DNA from: Thermodesulfobacteriota bacterium
Lineage (GTDB): Bacteria > Desulfobacterota > Desulfobulbia > Desulfobulbales > SURF-16
DNA: 27,449 bases
Direction of reading: 5' to 3'
Assembly: GCA_039715015.1 (NCBI GenBank)
Contig: JBDLIE010000034.1
Location: forward strand, 1 to 27,449
Below the pieces are notes generated by a model. It ran no database searches. It saw only the letters and a program-made list of their open reading frames with translations, and had not been told where the DNA came from. Shown piece after piece: positions 9,910 to 19,849 of the stretch. How positions within the stretch are numbered: position 1 is the first letter of the stretch; every line of letters begins with the position of its first letter. The position numbers were made by a program, and so were the translations under genes.

Positions 9910-11892
9910 ATGAGCGAAGAAAAAAATATTGAAAGCCTGATGACCGAGAATCGTATTTTTGAGCCACCGGCATCAGGTCAGGCCACAGCCTATATCAAGA
10001 GCATGGATGAGTACCAGGCCATCTATAAGCGTTCCATTGAGGACCCGGAAGGGTACTGGGGGGAGCGCGCCGAGGAACTGATCAGCTGGGATAAGAAATG
10101 GGACACTGTTCTCGATGCCGACATGGTCACCCCGGACATTAAGTGGTTTGACGGCGGTCAGTTGAATGTTTCCACCAACTGTCTTGATCGTCACCTCACC
10201 AATGGTCGCCGCAACAAGGCAGCATTGATTTGGCAGGGTGAGCCTGAGGAAGATGTCAAAGTTTACACCTATCAGATGCTCCACCGCGAGGTCTGCCGTT
10301 TTGCCAATGTTCTTAAGAGCCATGGTGTCAAAAGAGGCGACCGTGTTTCCGTCTATCTGCCCATGATCCCTGAGCTGGCCATCACCCTCCTTGCCTGTAC
10401 CAGGATCGGTGCCATCCACTCAGTAGTTTTTGCCGGTTTTTCTGCCCAGAGTCTGCGTAGCCGTGTCCAGGATTGCGAGGCCAAGGTGCTTGTTACTGCC
10501 GACGCCGTTATTCGTGCCGGTAAAACCATTCCCTTGAAGCCTAATGCCGACAGCGCTCTGGAGGAATGTCCTTCCGTGGAGAAGAGCATTGTTGTTAAGC
10601 GTGCCGGTAATGAGGTTGACATGAAGGCCGGCCGTGACCTCTGGTACAATGAGGAGATGAGTGCCGACGGCCTCACCGATGATTGTCCTGCCGAGTCCAT
10701 GGAAGCTGAGGACGATCTCTTTATTCTCTACACCTCGGGTTCCACTGGTAAGCCTAAGGGCGTTGTGCACACCACCGGCGGCTATCTGACCTATGCAGCC
10801 CACACCTGTCAATGTGTCTTTGATATGAAGGATGATGATGTCTACTGGTGTACCGCTGATATCGGCTGGATCACCGGTCATTCCTACATCCTCTATGGGC
10901 CTCTGGCCCTGGGCGCCACCTCTGTAATGTTTGAGGGGGTACCTTCTTACCCCGGACCGGACCGTTTCTGGAAGATCTGCGAGAAGTTCAAGGTTAATAT
11001 TTTCTATACCGCACCCACTGTTATCCGTGCCCTGATGCGTGATGGCGAAGGTCCTACCCAGAAGTATGACCTCTCCTCCCTGCGCCTTCTTGGTTCTGTG
11101 GGCGAGCCCATTAATCCTGAGGCCTGGATGTGGTATCATACCCATATCGGCGGTGGTAAGCTGCCCATCGTTGATACCTGGTGGCAGACGGAGACCGGCG
11201 GTATCATGATTTCGCCGCTGCCCTTTGCCACACCTCTCAAGCCTGGTTCCGCCACCCTGCCGCTTCCCGGTATTGATGTGGCCGTTCTTGACGAGGAGGG
11301 TAACGAGGCTGGCGTTAACGAGGGTGGTCATCTTGTTGTTCGTAAGCCGTGGCCCGGTATTCTTCGCGGTGTCTTCGGCGATCCTGCCCGTTACAAAAAG
11401 GCCTATTTCGCCAAGTACGAAAGCATGTATGACCCTGAAGATGGTGTGCGCCGCGATCAGGATGGCTATTTCTGGATCATGGGCCGCCTGGATGACGTTA
11501 TCAACGTCTCCGGCCATCGTCTTGGTACTGCTGAGATTGAGTCTGCCCTGGTGGCGCACGAGTCAGTGGCCGAGGCCGCGGTTGTCGGCGCTCCCCATCC
11601 GGTGAAGGGACAGACCATCTACTCCTACGTTTCACTTAAGGCCGGCGTCGAGGCCACTGATGATCTGGTCAAGACGCTGCGTACCCATGTCCGCACCGAG
11701 ATCGGTCCTATTGCCACTCCTGAGTTTATCCAGTTCTCCGATGGTCTGCCTAAGACCCGTTCCGGTAAGATTATGCGTCGCATCCTGCGTAAGATTGCTG
11801 CCGGTCAGGATGACTTCGGCGACACCTCCACCCTGGCTGATCCATCTGTCGTGGATGTCTTAGTTCAGGGCAATGAGGATATGAAAAAGTAA
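9910..11892 (+). CDS. acs: Acetyl-CoA synthetase (acetate-CoA ligase)
   Basis: [47 protein letters not shown] and [19 protein letters not shown] at 9901-9905 supports the ATG at 9910. Confidence 0.97.
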   Translation: MSEEKNIESLMTENRIFEPPASGQATAYIKSMDEYQAIYKRSIEDPEGYWGERAEELISWDKKWDTVLDADMVTPDIKWFDGGQLNVSTNCLDRHLTNGRRNKAALIWQGEPEEDVKVYTYQMLHREVCRFANVLKSHGVKRGDRVSVYLPMIPELAITLLACTRIGAIHSVVFAGFSAQSLRSRVQDCEAKVLVTADAVIRAGKTIPLKPNADSALEECPSVEKSIVVKRAGNEVDMKAGRDLWYNEEMSADGLTDDCPAESMEAEDDLFILYTSGSTGKPKGVVHTTGGYLTYAAHTCQCVFDMKDDDVYWCTADIGWITGHSYILYGPLALGATSVMFEGVPSYPGPDRFWKICEKFKVNIFYTAPTVIRALMRDGEGPTQKYDLSSLRLLGSVGEPINPEAWMWYHTHIGGGKLPIVDTWWQTETGGIMISPLPFATPLKPGSATLPLPGIDVAVLDEEGNEAGVNEGGHLVVRKPWPGILRGVFGDPARYKKAYFAKYESMYDPEDGVRRDQDGYFWIMGRLDDVINVSGHRLGTAEIESALVAHESVAEAAVVGAPHPVKGQTIYSYVSLKAGVEATDDLVKTLRTHVRTEIGPIATPEFIQFSDGLPKTRSGKIMRRILRKIAAGQDDFGDTSTLADPSVVDVLVQGNEDMKK

Positions 11893-11915
11893 GACCTCTC
11901 CTCTCTTCAAAGGAG

Positions 11916-11958
11916 AAAAGGCGTTCCGGCTTGCTTGCAGGCTGGAGCGCCTTTTTTT
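11916..11958 (+). terminator. Intrinsic terminator after acs
   Basis: AAAAGGCGTTCCGGCT...GGCTGGAGCGCC followed by T7. Confidence 0.8.
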
Positions 11959-12023
11959 GTGGCGGATCACAGATTGACAGTGAAAAAGAGGAGAGGTATG
12001 TTGACCGATCTTAGAAGCGCGCC

Positions 12024-12713
12024 ATGGCCGGCACGGGAAATGAGATGACCTTTTTGCAAGTACAGAAAAGTGGCCAGCACCAGAAGACCTTGGTGTTTTT
12101 GCCGGGATGGGGTTTTAATGGCCAGGTGGCGCGCTATGGCTCTTGGCCCGAGGAGGTTAATCTCCTTGTGCCGGCACAATTCTGCCATGGGGGAATGGTG
12201 GCAGAGCTCAGGGAATATCTTGCCAGGGCGCAGGTGGCCCAAGTTGCCCTTGTTGGTTGGTCAATGGGCGCCCATCTGGCCTGGGATTTTGCCTCAAGTT
12301 ATCCTGACTTAGTTTCTTCAGTGTCCCTTCTGGCCGGGCGGAGCCATTGGCCGTCTGCCGAGATTGCTGCTATCAAAAAGGATCTTGCTGCAGGTGTAAA
12401 CAAATCAATGCAGGGTTTTTACCGGAAATGTTTTCTCGGCTATAAAGATCTTTATCGCCAGTTTGCCGGAGAGTTGGAGGCCGACTATCTTGCCGGCCTG
12501 CGCCAGGGCGACCTTGTCGCCGGCCTTGACTATCTGGCCGACCACCCACTTTGCGGATCGGCCCCTGCCGGAATTTCCGTGCAGATTCTTCATGGCCGCA
12601 AGGACGTTGTTGCCCCGGTGGCAGAGCGGCCGCAAATAGAGGGGGCCAGGGAAGAGGTGATTGATGCCACCGGCCATTTGATTTTTGCCCAGCCTCATTC
12701 CTATCTGTTATAG
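12024..12713 (+). CDS. bioH: Alpha/beta-hydrolase, probable pimeloyl-ACP methyl ester carboxylesterase (BioH-like)
   Basis: LPGWG oxyanion motif, GWSMG nucleophile elbow, HGRKD and TGH. Lies upstream of bioC-bioD. The start could instead be 12045. Confidence 0.7.
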   Translation: MAGTGNEMTFLQVQKSGQHQKTLVFLPGWGFNGQVARYGSWPEEVNLLVPAQFCHGGMVAELREYLARAQVAQVALVGWSMGAHLAWDFASSYPDLVSSVSLLAGRSHWPSAEIAAIKKDLAAGVNKSMQGFYRKCFLGYKDLYRQFAGELEADYLAGLRQGDLVAGLDYLADHPLCGSAPAGISVQILHGRKDVVAPVAERPQIEGAREEVIDATGHLIFAQPHSYLL

Positions 12714-12715
12714 TA

Positions 12716-12944
12716 GTAACCATTCAGGAGCAGTGAAGCGGCGTCAACCTCATCTTTGCCCATTTCGCCGTTGTACTGCTGGCCTTCTCACATACGAAAG
12801 TATGCTTTGAAGTCCAGGTAAGCGAGGAACGACACCCCGAAATGAACAAAACTAAGGCGCCCCGGAGGAAGTACCCTTGGGTGCACTTCTGAACAGTTAC
12901 GCTTCAGAAGTGAGGGTAATTTCCTGCCTTCACTGAATAGGTGC
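12716..12944. mobile_element. MITE/REP-like structured intergenic element
   Basis: GTAACCATTCAG (12716-12727) is inverted to CTGAACAGTTAC (12889-12900, 10/12) and to CTGAATAGGTGC (12933-12944, 9/12). Internal hairpins CATAC-GAAA-GTATG and CACTTCTGAA/TTCAGAAGTG. No transposase. Confidence 0.5.
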
Positions 12945-12956
12945 TTAGAGTAAACC

Positions 12957-13757
12957 ATGCTGCCCCAAGAGAAAGCCAAGGATCATATCCGTCAGCGTTT
13001 CAGTCGCGCTGCCCACTCCTACGACCAGTATGCCCATGTTCAGCGTCAGGCTGCAGAATGGCTGATGGAGTCCCTCACACAACAGCCAGCCGCGATTCTT
13101 GAAATCGGCTGCGGCACCGGTAACCTGACAAGACTGCTGGCTGACAGGTTCCCAGAAGCCCGGATTACGGCCCTTGATTTTGCCGATGCCATGCTTGCAG
13201 AGGCCCGTAATAAGGTGGGTGGCTCTGGACGTGTTTGCTTCCACTGTGTCGATGGCGAGGCCTTTATCAGCAGCACGGCTGAACGTTATGACCTGGTGAT
13301 CAGTAATGCCACCCTGCAATGGTTTACTGATCTTTCGGCCACCTTCCATCACCTTGGCCGCCTTCTTAATGATGATGGCAGGGTGGCTCTTTCACTCTTT
13401 GGGCCTGGATCTTTCCAGGAGCTGGCCACTGCCATGCGTGAGATTGTTGATCCGGCAATTCAACTGCCCGCCGAATTTTTTTGTGCGGCCAAAGATGCCG
13501 AGGCCCTTGCCCGCAAAGTCTTTAACAGGGTGGGAGTCGCCACCCAGGTGATAGAGAGGGAGTATGCCACTTTTTTTGATATTCTCGATCATATCAAGAA
13601 AACAGGAACAGGCGGCTATCATGAGAAGGTCCCCCACCTGAGCAGATCTGCCTTAAGGAATCTGGGCCAGTGGTTTGCTGGAAGAGGCGGTTACGCCATC
13701 AGCTACGAGATCTTTCTTCTCAACTGCCATGGTGTGCGTAGAGAGGAGGAGAGATGA
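12957..13757 (+). CDS. bioC: Malonyl-ACP O-methyltransferase BioC
   Basis: FSRAAHSYDQYAHVQ, LEIGCGTG, SNATLQW and FGPGSFQEL. Confidence 0.9.
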   Translation: MLPQEKAKDHIRQRFSRAAHSYDQYAHVQRQAAEWLMESLTQQPAAILEIGCGTGNLTRLLADRFPEARITALDFADAMLAEARNKVGGSGRVCFHCVDGEAFISSTAERYDLVISNATLQWFTDLSATFHHLGRLLNDDGRVALSLFGPGSFQELATAMREIVDPAIQLPAEFFCAAKDAEALARKVFNRVGVATQVIEREYATFFDILDHIKKTGTGGYHEKVPHLSRSALRNLGQWFAGRGGYAISYEIFLLNCHGVRREEER

Positions 13758-14419
13758 GTCCCTTGCCTGCAGAAATAATGATCACCGGCACCGACACCTC
13801 AGTGGGCAAGACCCTGGTGTCTGCCCTGCTCCTTGATTACTTAAAGAGCAGGGGGACAGATGTTGGTTACCTGAAGCTGGTGAGTTGCGGAGGGGAGCAG
13901 GCCGATGATTGTCGCTACTGTGAAGAAAAGGGCGGGGTGAAAGGTGAGGCGGTGTATCATTTCATTCTGGCAGCCTCCCCCCATCTTGCCGCCCGAGAGC
14001 AGGGGGAAGAGGTTGATCTCTCCCGTCTTTGCCAGGCATTAGACAAAGAAAAACACCATGAAGTGCTGGTGGTGGAAGGTGCTGGTGGCCTCTGTGTACC
14101 ACTTAATGACAAGACCCTGCTTGTCGACTTTATGGCCAGCCATCCCATGGCCACTGTTCTGGTGGCCCGTTCAGGTCTCGGTACCCTCAACCATACCCTG
14201 CTCAGTGTTGAGGCCCTGCGTTCCCGTAAAATTCCCATCCTTGGCATTATCTTCTCTGATGAAAAAAGCTATGCGGAAGATGATCTCCTTGTTCTGGACA
14301 ATATGGCGACCATTGCCAGGTTCACCGGGCTTGCCGTTTTAGGCAGGCTGCCCCATTGCGCTAGCTTTGAAGAAGGGCAGCGTTATTTTGCGGAGATTGG
14401 CCAGGCTATCCTGTCGTAG
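13754..14419 (+). CDS. bioD: Dethiobiotin synthase
   Basis: ITGTDTSVGKT, ASPHLAA, VEGAGG and LGTLNHTLL. ATGA overlap with bioC. Confidence 0.93.
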   Translation: MSPLPAEIMITGTDTSVGKTLVSALLLDYLKSRGTDVGYLKLVSCGGEQADDCRYCEEKGGVKGEAVYHFILAASPHLAAREQGEEVDLSRLCQALDKEKHHEVLVVEGAGGLCVPLNDKTLLVDFMASHPMATVLVARSGLGTLNHTLLSVEALRSRKIPILGIIFSDEKSYAEDDLLVLDNMATIARFTGLAVLGRLPHCASFEEGQRYFAEIGQAILS

Positions 14420-14470
14420 TCTTATAATTGCCCAAAGCTTGAAATTCAGCGCCTCAAATTTGCTGCTTCT

Positions 14471-14695
14471 TTATTTCTTGCAGCACTCCCTCGTTGACGG
14501 TACGCCCAGCGCCTTCAGGATAAGACCCAGGGGGCAGAATTTGCTGAAGCCAAATTGGAAGAGATTGGCGCCAACAAAGGCGGTGAAAAAGAGCCAGTAT
14601 GTATGGTGGAAGATGGGGCTTGCTTCCACGCCTAAACACAGGGAGAGAAGAATAAAAAAGCCGGCTATTGAGTGTATCCAGTCAGTGATAATCAT
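14471..14695 (-). CDS. DUF2892 / YgaP-like small two-TM membrane protein
   Basis: IAGFFILLSL...WLFFTAFVGANLFQFGFSKFCPLGLILKALG matches the DUF2892 pattern with its conserved CP. C-terminus RECCKK. Confidence 0.85.
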   Translation of the reverse strand: MIITDWIHSIAGFFILLSLCLGVEASPIFHHTYWLFFTAFVGANLFQFGFSKFCPLGLILKALGVPSTRECCKK

Positions 14696-14785
14696 GGGGG
14701 GGTATCCTTTGGGAAATGGGTGTAGGTGTTTTTGAAAAAGCTTGTTTCAGGGGAGGTATTGTTCTTGGGGGTGCTAAGTCATCGG

Positions 14786-14962
14786 CATACCCTTTTTGGT
14801 ATAAGAGCCTTTACGGTTCGAAATGCTGCTTGGGTTGTTGACGCTCCCTGTGGTTCATGGTTGCGTCTTGTTTAAGCCTGTAAGGTTGGGTGTTTACGGT
14901 CATACCCTTCGGGTATAAGGCCCTTTACGGTTCGTCAGGACTCTTTGGGTTGTTGAAGATCC
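14786..14962. repeat. Two imperfect 62-bp direct repeats with an internal hairpin
   Basis: 14786-14847 and 14901-14962 share CATACCC..GGTATAAG..CCTTTACGGTTCG..TTGGGTTGTTGA. Copy 2 contains the hairpin ATACCC-TTC-GGGTAT. Confidence 0.8.
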
Positions 14963-15005
14963 ATATGACATCAGCGTTTGGGGGTAGGTGTTGGGCACAA
15001 AGGGC

Positions 15006-16280
15006 CTAAAAATTCCACCGCACCCCTGCATAGACATTTGTGTTGTCTTCAAACTGGCCGAAGAAGGTGTGGTCATCTGAGCCAATGAAGACGTTGCCGC
15101 CGCCTTCGACAAGCCACTGGTCTGTAAGCTTGTACTGGACCTTGGGCCTGATGTAGCAATCTTCGTCTGTGGGTGAATAATAGGTGAATAGGGAGAGGAT
15201 CAGGTTTTGGTTCATCAGTAATTTGGTAAGGCGTAGGGTGAACAGGCTTCGATATTCATCTCTGGCTGGAGAGCCAGGCGCCAGCAAATCTTCATAGTCG
15301 TCATAATCCATCATCCACTCCAGATAATATTGGAAGCCGGCAGTGAAGTTGTGGCCGATTTCTCGCTCAAAACCGAGAAGAAGGCGGTACTCGCTGTTTC
15401 TGGTGAGAGGATCTTGGCCGCTGTCGGACTGGCCGGAGTAGTAATATCCTGTCTCAATATTGCTGATTCCTCCCCAGAGCGGGCCGCGCAGGGAGGCGCC
15501 ATAGACTTGAAGACGCGGATAGCGGAGCTTCACGTCAGGCGTGGCCAGCCCTTCCGGCGTTTGCCAGAAACCGTTATAGCCATACAGGGCCAGTTCCAGC
15601 GATGAGATGTTGCGGGAAAGGCGCAGGGAATATTCGGCATCGCGGCCTGCACTGTTTCGTTCCTCCAGGGCAAAGATGAAATCTTCGCCGGCGGTCCTGC
15701 CCAGCAGCGAGTTCCAGTAGGAGAGGCGCTCGCCGCTGATATGAGCCGAGCCTTCAAAGACAGGTATATAGACAAGGTCGATATTGACCAGGTCAAAGAA
15801 AACGCTGCCCTTAATAGCGTTGCTTGGAGCCTTCAGATACTCATCATCACGGCCAATGAAAAAAGATTGCCAGTCCTTGGCAAAGAGGTCGTTGATAAAG
15901 AGAAGGTCGCCGGTGCCCCAGGTCAGGGTCTGGCGGCCAATCTTCATATCCATATTGTCCAAGGGGGAAAAAAGTAGGTTGAGGTCCCGCATTCTGCCGG
16001 TGAGCTGATCTGTCACGCCATCGGCAAGGATGTCGCCCTTGGCCTTGAAAACTCCCCAGCCAAAATCCTTGCTCAAATCTAGTTGGAGCCGGGCCTCGGC
16101 AATGGAGGCATCATCGGCGTATGTGTCATCTTGGCTGCGCACGCCACCTCGCGCTTCAAGGAAACCGGCAAAATCAATTTCGTACTTATCGTAGAGACTA
16201 TCTTTGAGTTGCCCCATAGCAGCCTGGGCAGGCCCGGCAGAGAGGAGCAGGGCAAGTATGATTGGCAGGTGTTTCTTCAT
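15006..16280 (-). CDS. Putative outer-membrane beta-barrel protein (DUF1302-like)
   Basis: Signal peptide, alternating amphipathic strands, KIGRQTLTWGTGD motif and C-terminal beta-signal YAGVRWNF. Confidence 0.75.
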   Translation of the reverse strand: MKKHLPIILALLLSAGPAQAAMGQLKDSLYDKYEIDFAGFLEARGGVRSQDDTYADDASIAEARLQLDLSKDFGWGVFKAKGDILADGVTDQLTGRMRDLNLLFSPLDNMDMKIGRQTLTWGTGDLLFINDLFAKDWQSFFIGRDDEYLKAPSNAIKGSVFFDLVNIDLVYIPVFEGSAHISGERLSYWNSLLGRTAGEDFIFALEERNSAGRDAEYSLRLSRNISSLELALYGYNGFWQTPEGLATPDVKLRYPRLQVYGASLRGPLWGGISNIETGYYYSGQSDSGQDPLTRNSEYRLLLGFEREIGHNFTAGFQYYLEWMMDYDDYEDLLAPGSPARDEYRSLFTLRLTKLLMNQNLILSLFTYYSPTDEDCYIRPKVQYKLTDQWLVEGGGNVFIGSDDHTFFGQFEDNTNVYAGVRWNF

Positions 16281-16295
16281 GGTGATTCGCTGCTG

Positions 16296-17084
16296 CTACT
16301 GGCGGGCCTCTTTGGGAGGACGCCGGAGGTAACGTTCAGTGAAAAGTTTGTCATCCAGGCCGAGGTTGTATTTAATTTTTCTAAATTCGGTGACAGTGTT
16401 GCCGCCAGTGCCCAAGTCGTTGATCCGGGATTTTGTGACAGAGGTATAGTCTTGAATGGTCTCTACCTCAAGAACTTCCATGGTGCGGTAGATGGAGCCG
16501 TTCTTGTCGGTATACTCTGCCTTCATGGGCAGGAAGTTTTTTTTGTCGATCCATACCGTAAAAGAAGAGAATTCAACGCTCTCAAGAACCTTGGGTGTGT
16601 TTTTGATTATATAGTAGAGGTCGTCCTCCTCAAGCAGTTCATGGTGGTCGGCGTTCATGTTGCGGCCTGAGACATCTTCATAAAAAAAATGGGAGCCCAT
16701 GAAACTGGTGCGTTTATCAGAGGCGGCAATGCGCTTAACCAGATCGAGACTGGGAAGATACATCCAGCGATCATCATCCTGTTCAATATGTTTATGGACC
16801 AGGAAGGTTGTTTTGCGGACATCACTGGGCCGTTTGAAATAGACAAAATAACGTTGGTTGCCGCCGTCTTGGGTGTCTTTGCGGAGAATGGTAAAAAGGC
16901 GCTCTCGGGTGCGGCCCTGCTTATCGGTAATGGTCATGGCTACTTCGGAGCGGCCATCATCACCGCCATAATAGGAGACATTGTTTGCATTGCTGATGAT
17001 CTCGTCAATGGGCGGAGCGGCAAGGGCAGGAGCTGCTACCAATGCGGTGAGGAACAGAATAGAAAAAAAATGCTGTTTGAGCAT
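16296..17084 (-). CDS. LolA-like periplasmic carrier (outer-membrane lipoprotein-sorting / DUF1329-related)
   Basis: Signal peptide, F..PSDVRKT.FL, DDRWMYLPSLDLVKRI and SFMGSHFFYED. SD GGAGG supports the ATG at 17084 rather than 17105. Confidence 0.85.
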   Translation of the reverse strand: MLKQHFFSILFLTALVAAPALAAPPIDEIISNANNVSYYGGDDGRSEVAMTITDKQGRTRERLFTILRKDTQDGGNQRYFVYFKRPSDVRKTTFLVHKHIEQDDDRWMYLPSLDLVKRIAASDKRTSFMGSHFFYEDVSGRNMNADHHELLEEDDLYYIIKNTPKVLESVEFSSFTVWIDKKNFLPMKAEYTDKNGSIYRTMEVLEVETIQDYTSVTKSRINDLGTGGNTVTEFRKIKYNLGLDDKLFTERYLRRPPKEARQ

Positions 17085-17108
17085 GGGGACATCCTCCATA
17101 AACAACGA

Positions 17109-19715
17109 TTATGAGTTAGTTTTACCAAAGAGCCAGCCCTGTAGGATGGTAACCAGAGAGGGTAGGATCAGCATGGTTCCCAGGCCGGAAATGGCCATGA
17201 TGGAGGCCAGAAAGACGCCCACTGTCTTGTAGGGAATAAGCGGTGCCAGCAGGAGCGGAGTAAAGCCGATGGCAACAACGATGACATTACGGCTGATCGC
17301 CCGGGATGGTTCTTCAAACATGATGGTAATGGCTTTGGCCCATGAGCCAGTTTTTTTATAGGTGGCCCGGGAGCGTTCCAGAAAATGGATGGCAAAATCC
17401 ACGGCAAGGCCCAGGGTGAGCGATGAGAGCACTGCCACCGGCATGTCGTAATCCTTGCCGACAAAGCCGATAATGCCGTAGATCCAGGCAATGGTCATGG
17501 TCAGAGGGACCATGGCGAGCAGACCCCAGGTGGGAGAACGGAAAAGAACCACCATCATTATAAAGACGATGGCAAAGCTCGAGAGAAAGGCATTACGCAT
17601 ACCCGATACCATCTTCTCCTGCCACACCACATTGAGATAGGTGAGCCCTGCCCATTTATAGTCAATATTCACAGGTGGGGGGTGGCCCACCATATATTTT
17701 TTGACCTCCAGGACCACGCGCTCCATGACCTTGTTGTCGCCGTTTTGGAGCTGAACCCAGATATTGGCCTTCTGGTAGTCCGGGGTGACAAGATGGTAGA
17801 GGTCATCTGGTTTATGGCTGTTTTGAAAGGAAATAAGGCATTGGGCCACACCACCAACAGTGTCGGGGATGGTGTAGTGTTCCGGGTTTGCTTCAAAGAG
17901 TTCTTTGTGGACCTTTTTCACCACGTCGCTCACCGAACTTGTCTTACCCACCACATTGGTGGTGAGCAGGTAGTCCTGGAGGCCTTCAATATAACTCAAG
18001 ACATCAGGCCTTTTGAAAATCTGGTCCCGGTCGCGGAAGGTGTCAACCTGGGCAATGAGGTCGGCCCAGACGTCATATGCGTCGCCGGCTGCTCTATCCT
18101 GGCTGTCCATCAGGTTTGATTCAAGCACGGAGAGCAGGTCTTCTGTTGAGCTCTCTTGGCTGGCCCGAGTCAGAATTGCCAGGGCCTTGGCCACTACAGG
18201 TTTGCTGGTGCCGTCGGCGGCCAGCCCTTTGAACATATTTGAGAGTTCTGTTTCTGCCTGGGCTGGAGTGAGCTCGTCGAGTTTAGATTCTAAGACCAGG
18301 AAGGCCTCGTAGGTGCCGCGGAAATGTTCATTGAGCACCCGGTCTGCCACCCGTATTTCGTGGTTTTTGGTGAACCAGTTCACCGGGTTGTCATTCACCT
18401 GTATTTTGCTGATGCCATAGAAAGCCACAAGGGTAACGAGAATGGTGCAACTAATAATCAGTTTAGGCCATCTATAAACAAAACGGCCAAGGCTGCTGAG
18501 AGAGCGGGACATGGCTGTGTTGTTGACGTTGGCGTCCCCATTTCCTTTAAGGCCGAAATTTTTCAAGCTCGATTCCGGCATCATCATAATATAGGCCGGG
18601 ATGAAGACAATGGTGGTGAACCAGGCGATCATGATGCCCACAGCCACAAAAATACCAAAGGCCTGGACCGGCGGAATGGGAGTCAGGGCCAGAGAGGCAA
18701 AACCTGCTGACGAGGTCAGAGAGGTGTAGAGCATGGGCATAAAAAGCTGGTCAATGACATGCTCAATGGTTTTTCGGCGGTCCCCTATTTTTTGATATTC
18801 GTCAAAAAATTCACTCATGATGTGGATAGAGTCCACCACGGCAATGGGCATGAGGAAGATGGGGATCATCGAGCTCATTATATGCAGAGTGTTGCCGGTG
18901 CCAATAAGCAGACCCATGGTGGAAAGCACCGAGACCATGGCGACGATCATCGGCGAGATGATCAATCTGAGCTGCTTGAAGAAATAGAGCATGAGCAGGA
19001 AGATGGCCAGCATGGCCAAAGGCGCCGAGACTGCCATCTGGATGAACATCTCTTTGCCAAAGGTGTCTTCTGCCACCGGCAGGCCGGTAATGTAATACTT
19101 GTCGCCGTTACTGTCGAGGGTAGCAATCTTCTCTTTTAGCTGCTGACTCAGGGTGTGGGCAAACTTCTTGGAAGTGATAGGCAGGTAGATGCCAATGGCC
19201 TTACCATCCTCGGAAACCAGCGTTCCTTTTAAGAGAGGGTTGTCCAGGGCCAGGTCGCGAATACGCAAAGACTCTTCCTGATTTGTGGGTGGTTTGGCCA
19301 TAAGCCAGTCAAAGCTGACCTGTCCCAGGCCGGCCTGGACAATGGCATCCACATTGGAAGGAGCAATGATGTTCTGAGGAACTACCTTGTAGTCCGGGTT
19401 TTTGGGGTCTGAAAGGGTGGCGGCAAACTCAGTGAGTTCAAAGACGTGTGTCAGGGTCTCAGGGTTGAAGACGCCGTCGGGATGGGTTTCGTTGACAACG
19501 CCGAGCACGACAAAGTCGTAGAGGGCGAATTCTTTTTTTGTGGCGGTGTGGAAAAGGCGGACATCTTCATGCTCGGAGAGCATGTTTTCAGGATCTGTAT
19601 CGACATGAACCTTGGTGATGAGGGCGCCAAGGGCAAGGGTTAATACCACCATTATGGTGGTGATGAGTCTGGGTTTAAGGATGGATGTTTGGACGAGCCT
19701 GCTGCCAAGTTTCAT
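17109..19715 (-). CDS. MMPL/RND-family inner-membrane transporter
   Basis: 868 aa in two repeats of 1 TM + periplasmic domain + 5 TM. Proton-relay-like motifs PIAVVDSIHI and GLAVDFAIHF. Confidence 0.9.
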   Translation of the reverse strand: MKLGSRLVQTSILKPRLITTIMVVLTLALGALITKVHVDTDPENMLSEHEDVRLFHTATKKEFALYDFVVLGVVNETHPDGVFNPETLTHVFELTEFAATLSDPKNPDYKVVPQNIIAPSNVDAIVQAGLGQVSFDWLMAKPPTNQEESLRIRDLALDNPLLKGTLVSEDGKAIGIYLPITSKKFAHTLSQQLKEKIATLDSNGDKYYITGLPVAEDTFGKEMFIQMAVSAPLAMLAIFLLMLYFFKQLRLIISPMIVAMVSVLSTMGLLIGTGNTLHIMSSMIPIFLMPIAVVDSIHIMSEFFDEYQKIGDRRKTIEHVIDQLFMPMLYTSLTSSAGFASLALTPIPPVQAFGIFVAVGIMIAWFTTIVFIPAYIMMMPESSLKNFGLKGNGDANVNNTAMSRSLSSLGRFVYRWPKLIISCTILVTLVAFYGISKIQVNDNPVNWFTKNHEIRVADRVLNEHFRGTYEAFLVLESKLDELTPAQAETELSNMFKGLAADGTSKPVVAKALAILTRASQESSTEDLLSVLESNLMDSQDRAAGDAYDVWADLIAQVDTFRDRDQIFKRPDVLSYIEGLQDYLLTTNVVGKTSSVSDVVKKVHKELFEANPEHYTIPDTVGGVAQCLISFQNSHKPDDLYHLVTPDYQKANIWVQLQNGDNKVMERVVLEVKKYMVGHPPPVNIDYKWAGLTYLNVVWQEKMVSGMRNAFLSSFAIVFIMMVVLFRSPTWGLLAMVPLTMTIAWIYGIIGFVGKDYDMPVAVLSSLTLGLAVDFAIHFLERSRATYKKTGSWAKAITIMFEEPSRAISRNVIVVAIGFTPLLLAPLIPYKTVGVFLASIMAISGLGTMLILPSLVTILQGWLFGKTNS

Positions 19716-19849
19716 GATCTAATTCCTGTAACCGGCTAAGCCGGAAGGTGGTTAAGTATCAAGCACGAGGACACGCACCCCCCAGAGGTGACCTGTGTGC
19801 CGGTTGTCAAAAACATCTCTGCCGTTATGACAAGACCGGTATAGTAGTC

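Noticed and set aside
10420..11559. 379-aa antisense ORF within acs, and similar shadow ORFs such as 7393..8010, 24111..24986 and 25131..26162
   Set aside because: They overlap well-supported genes on the opposite strand and have no recognisable motifs, as expected from codon bias.
13755..13757. Selenocysteine read-through at other TGA stops (bioC, mltA)
   Set aside because: Both proteins are full length. The bioC TGA is an ATGA overlap with bioD, and neither has a supported in-frame continuation.
14786..14962. CRISPR array
   Set aside because: Only two degenerate ~62-bp copies, no regular spacers and no cas genes.
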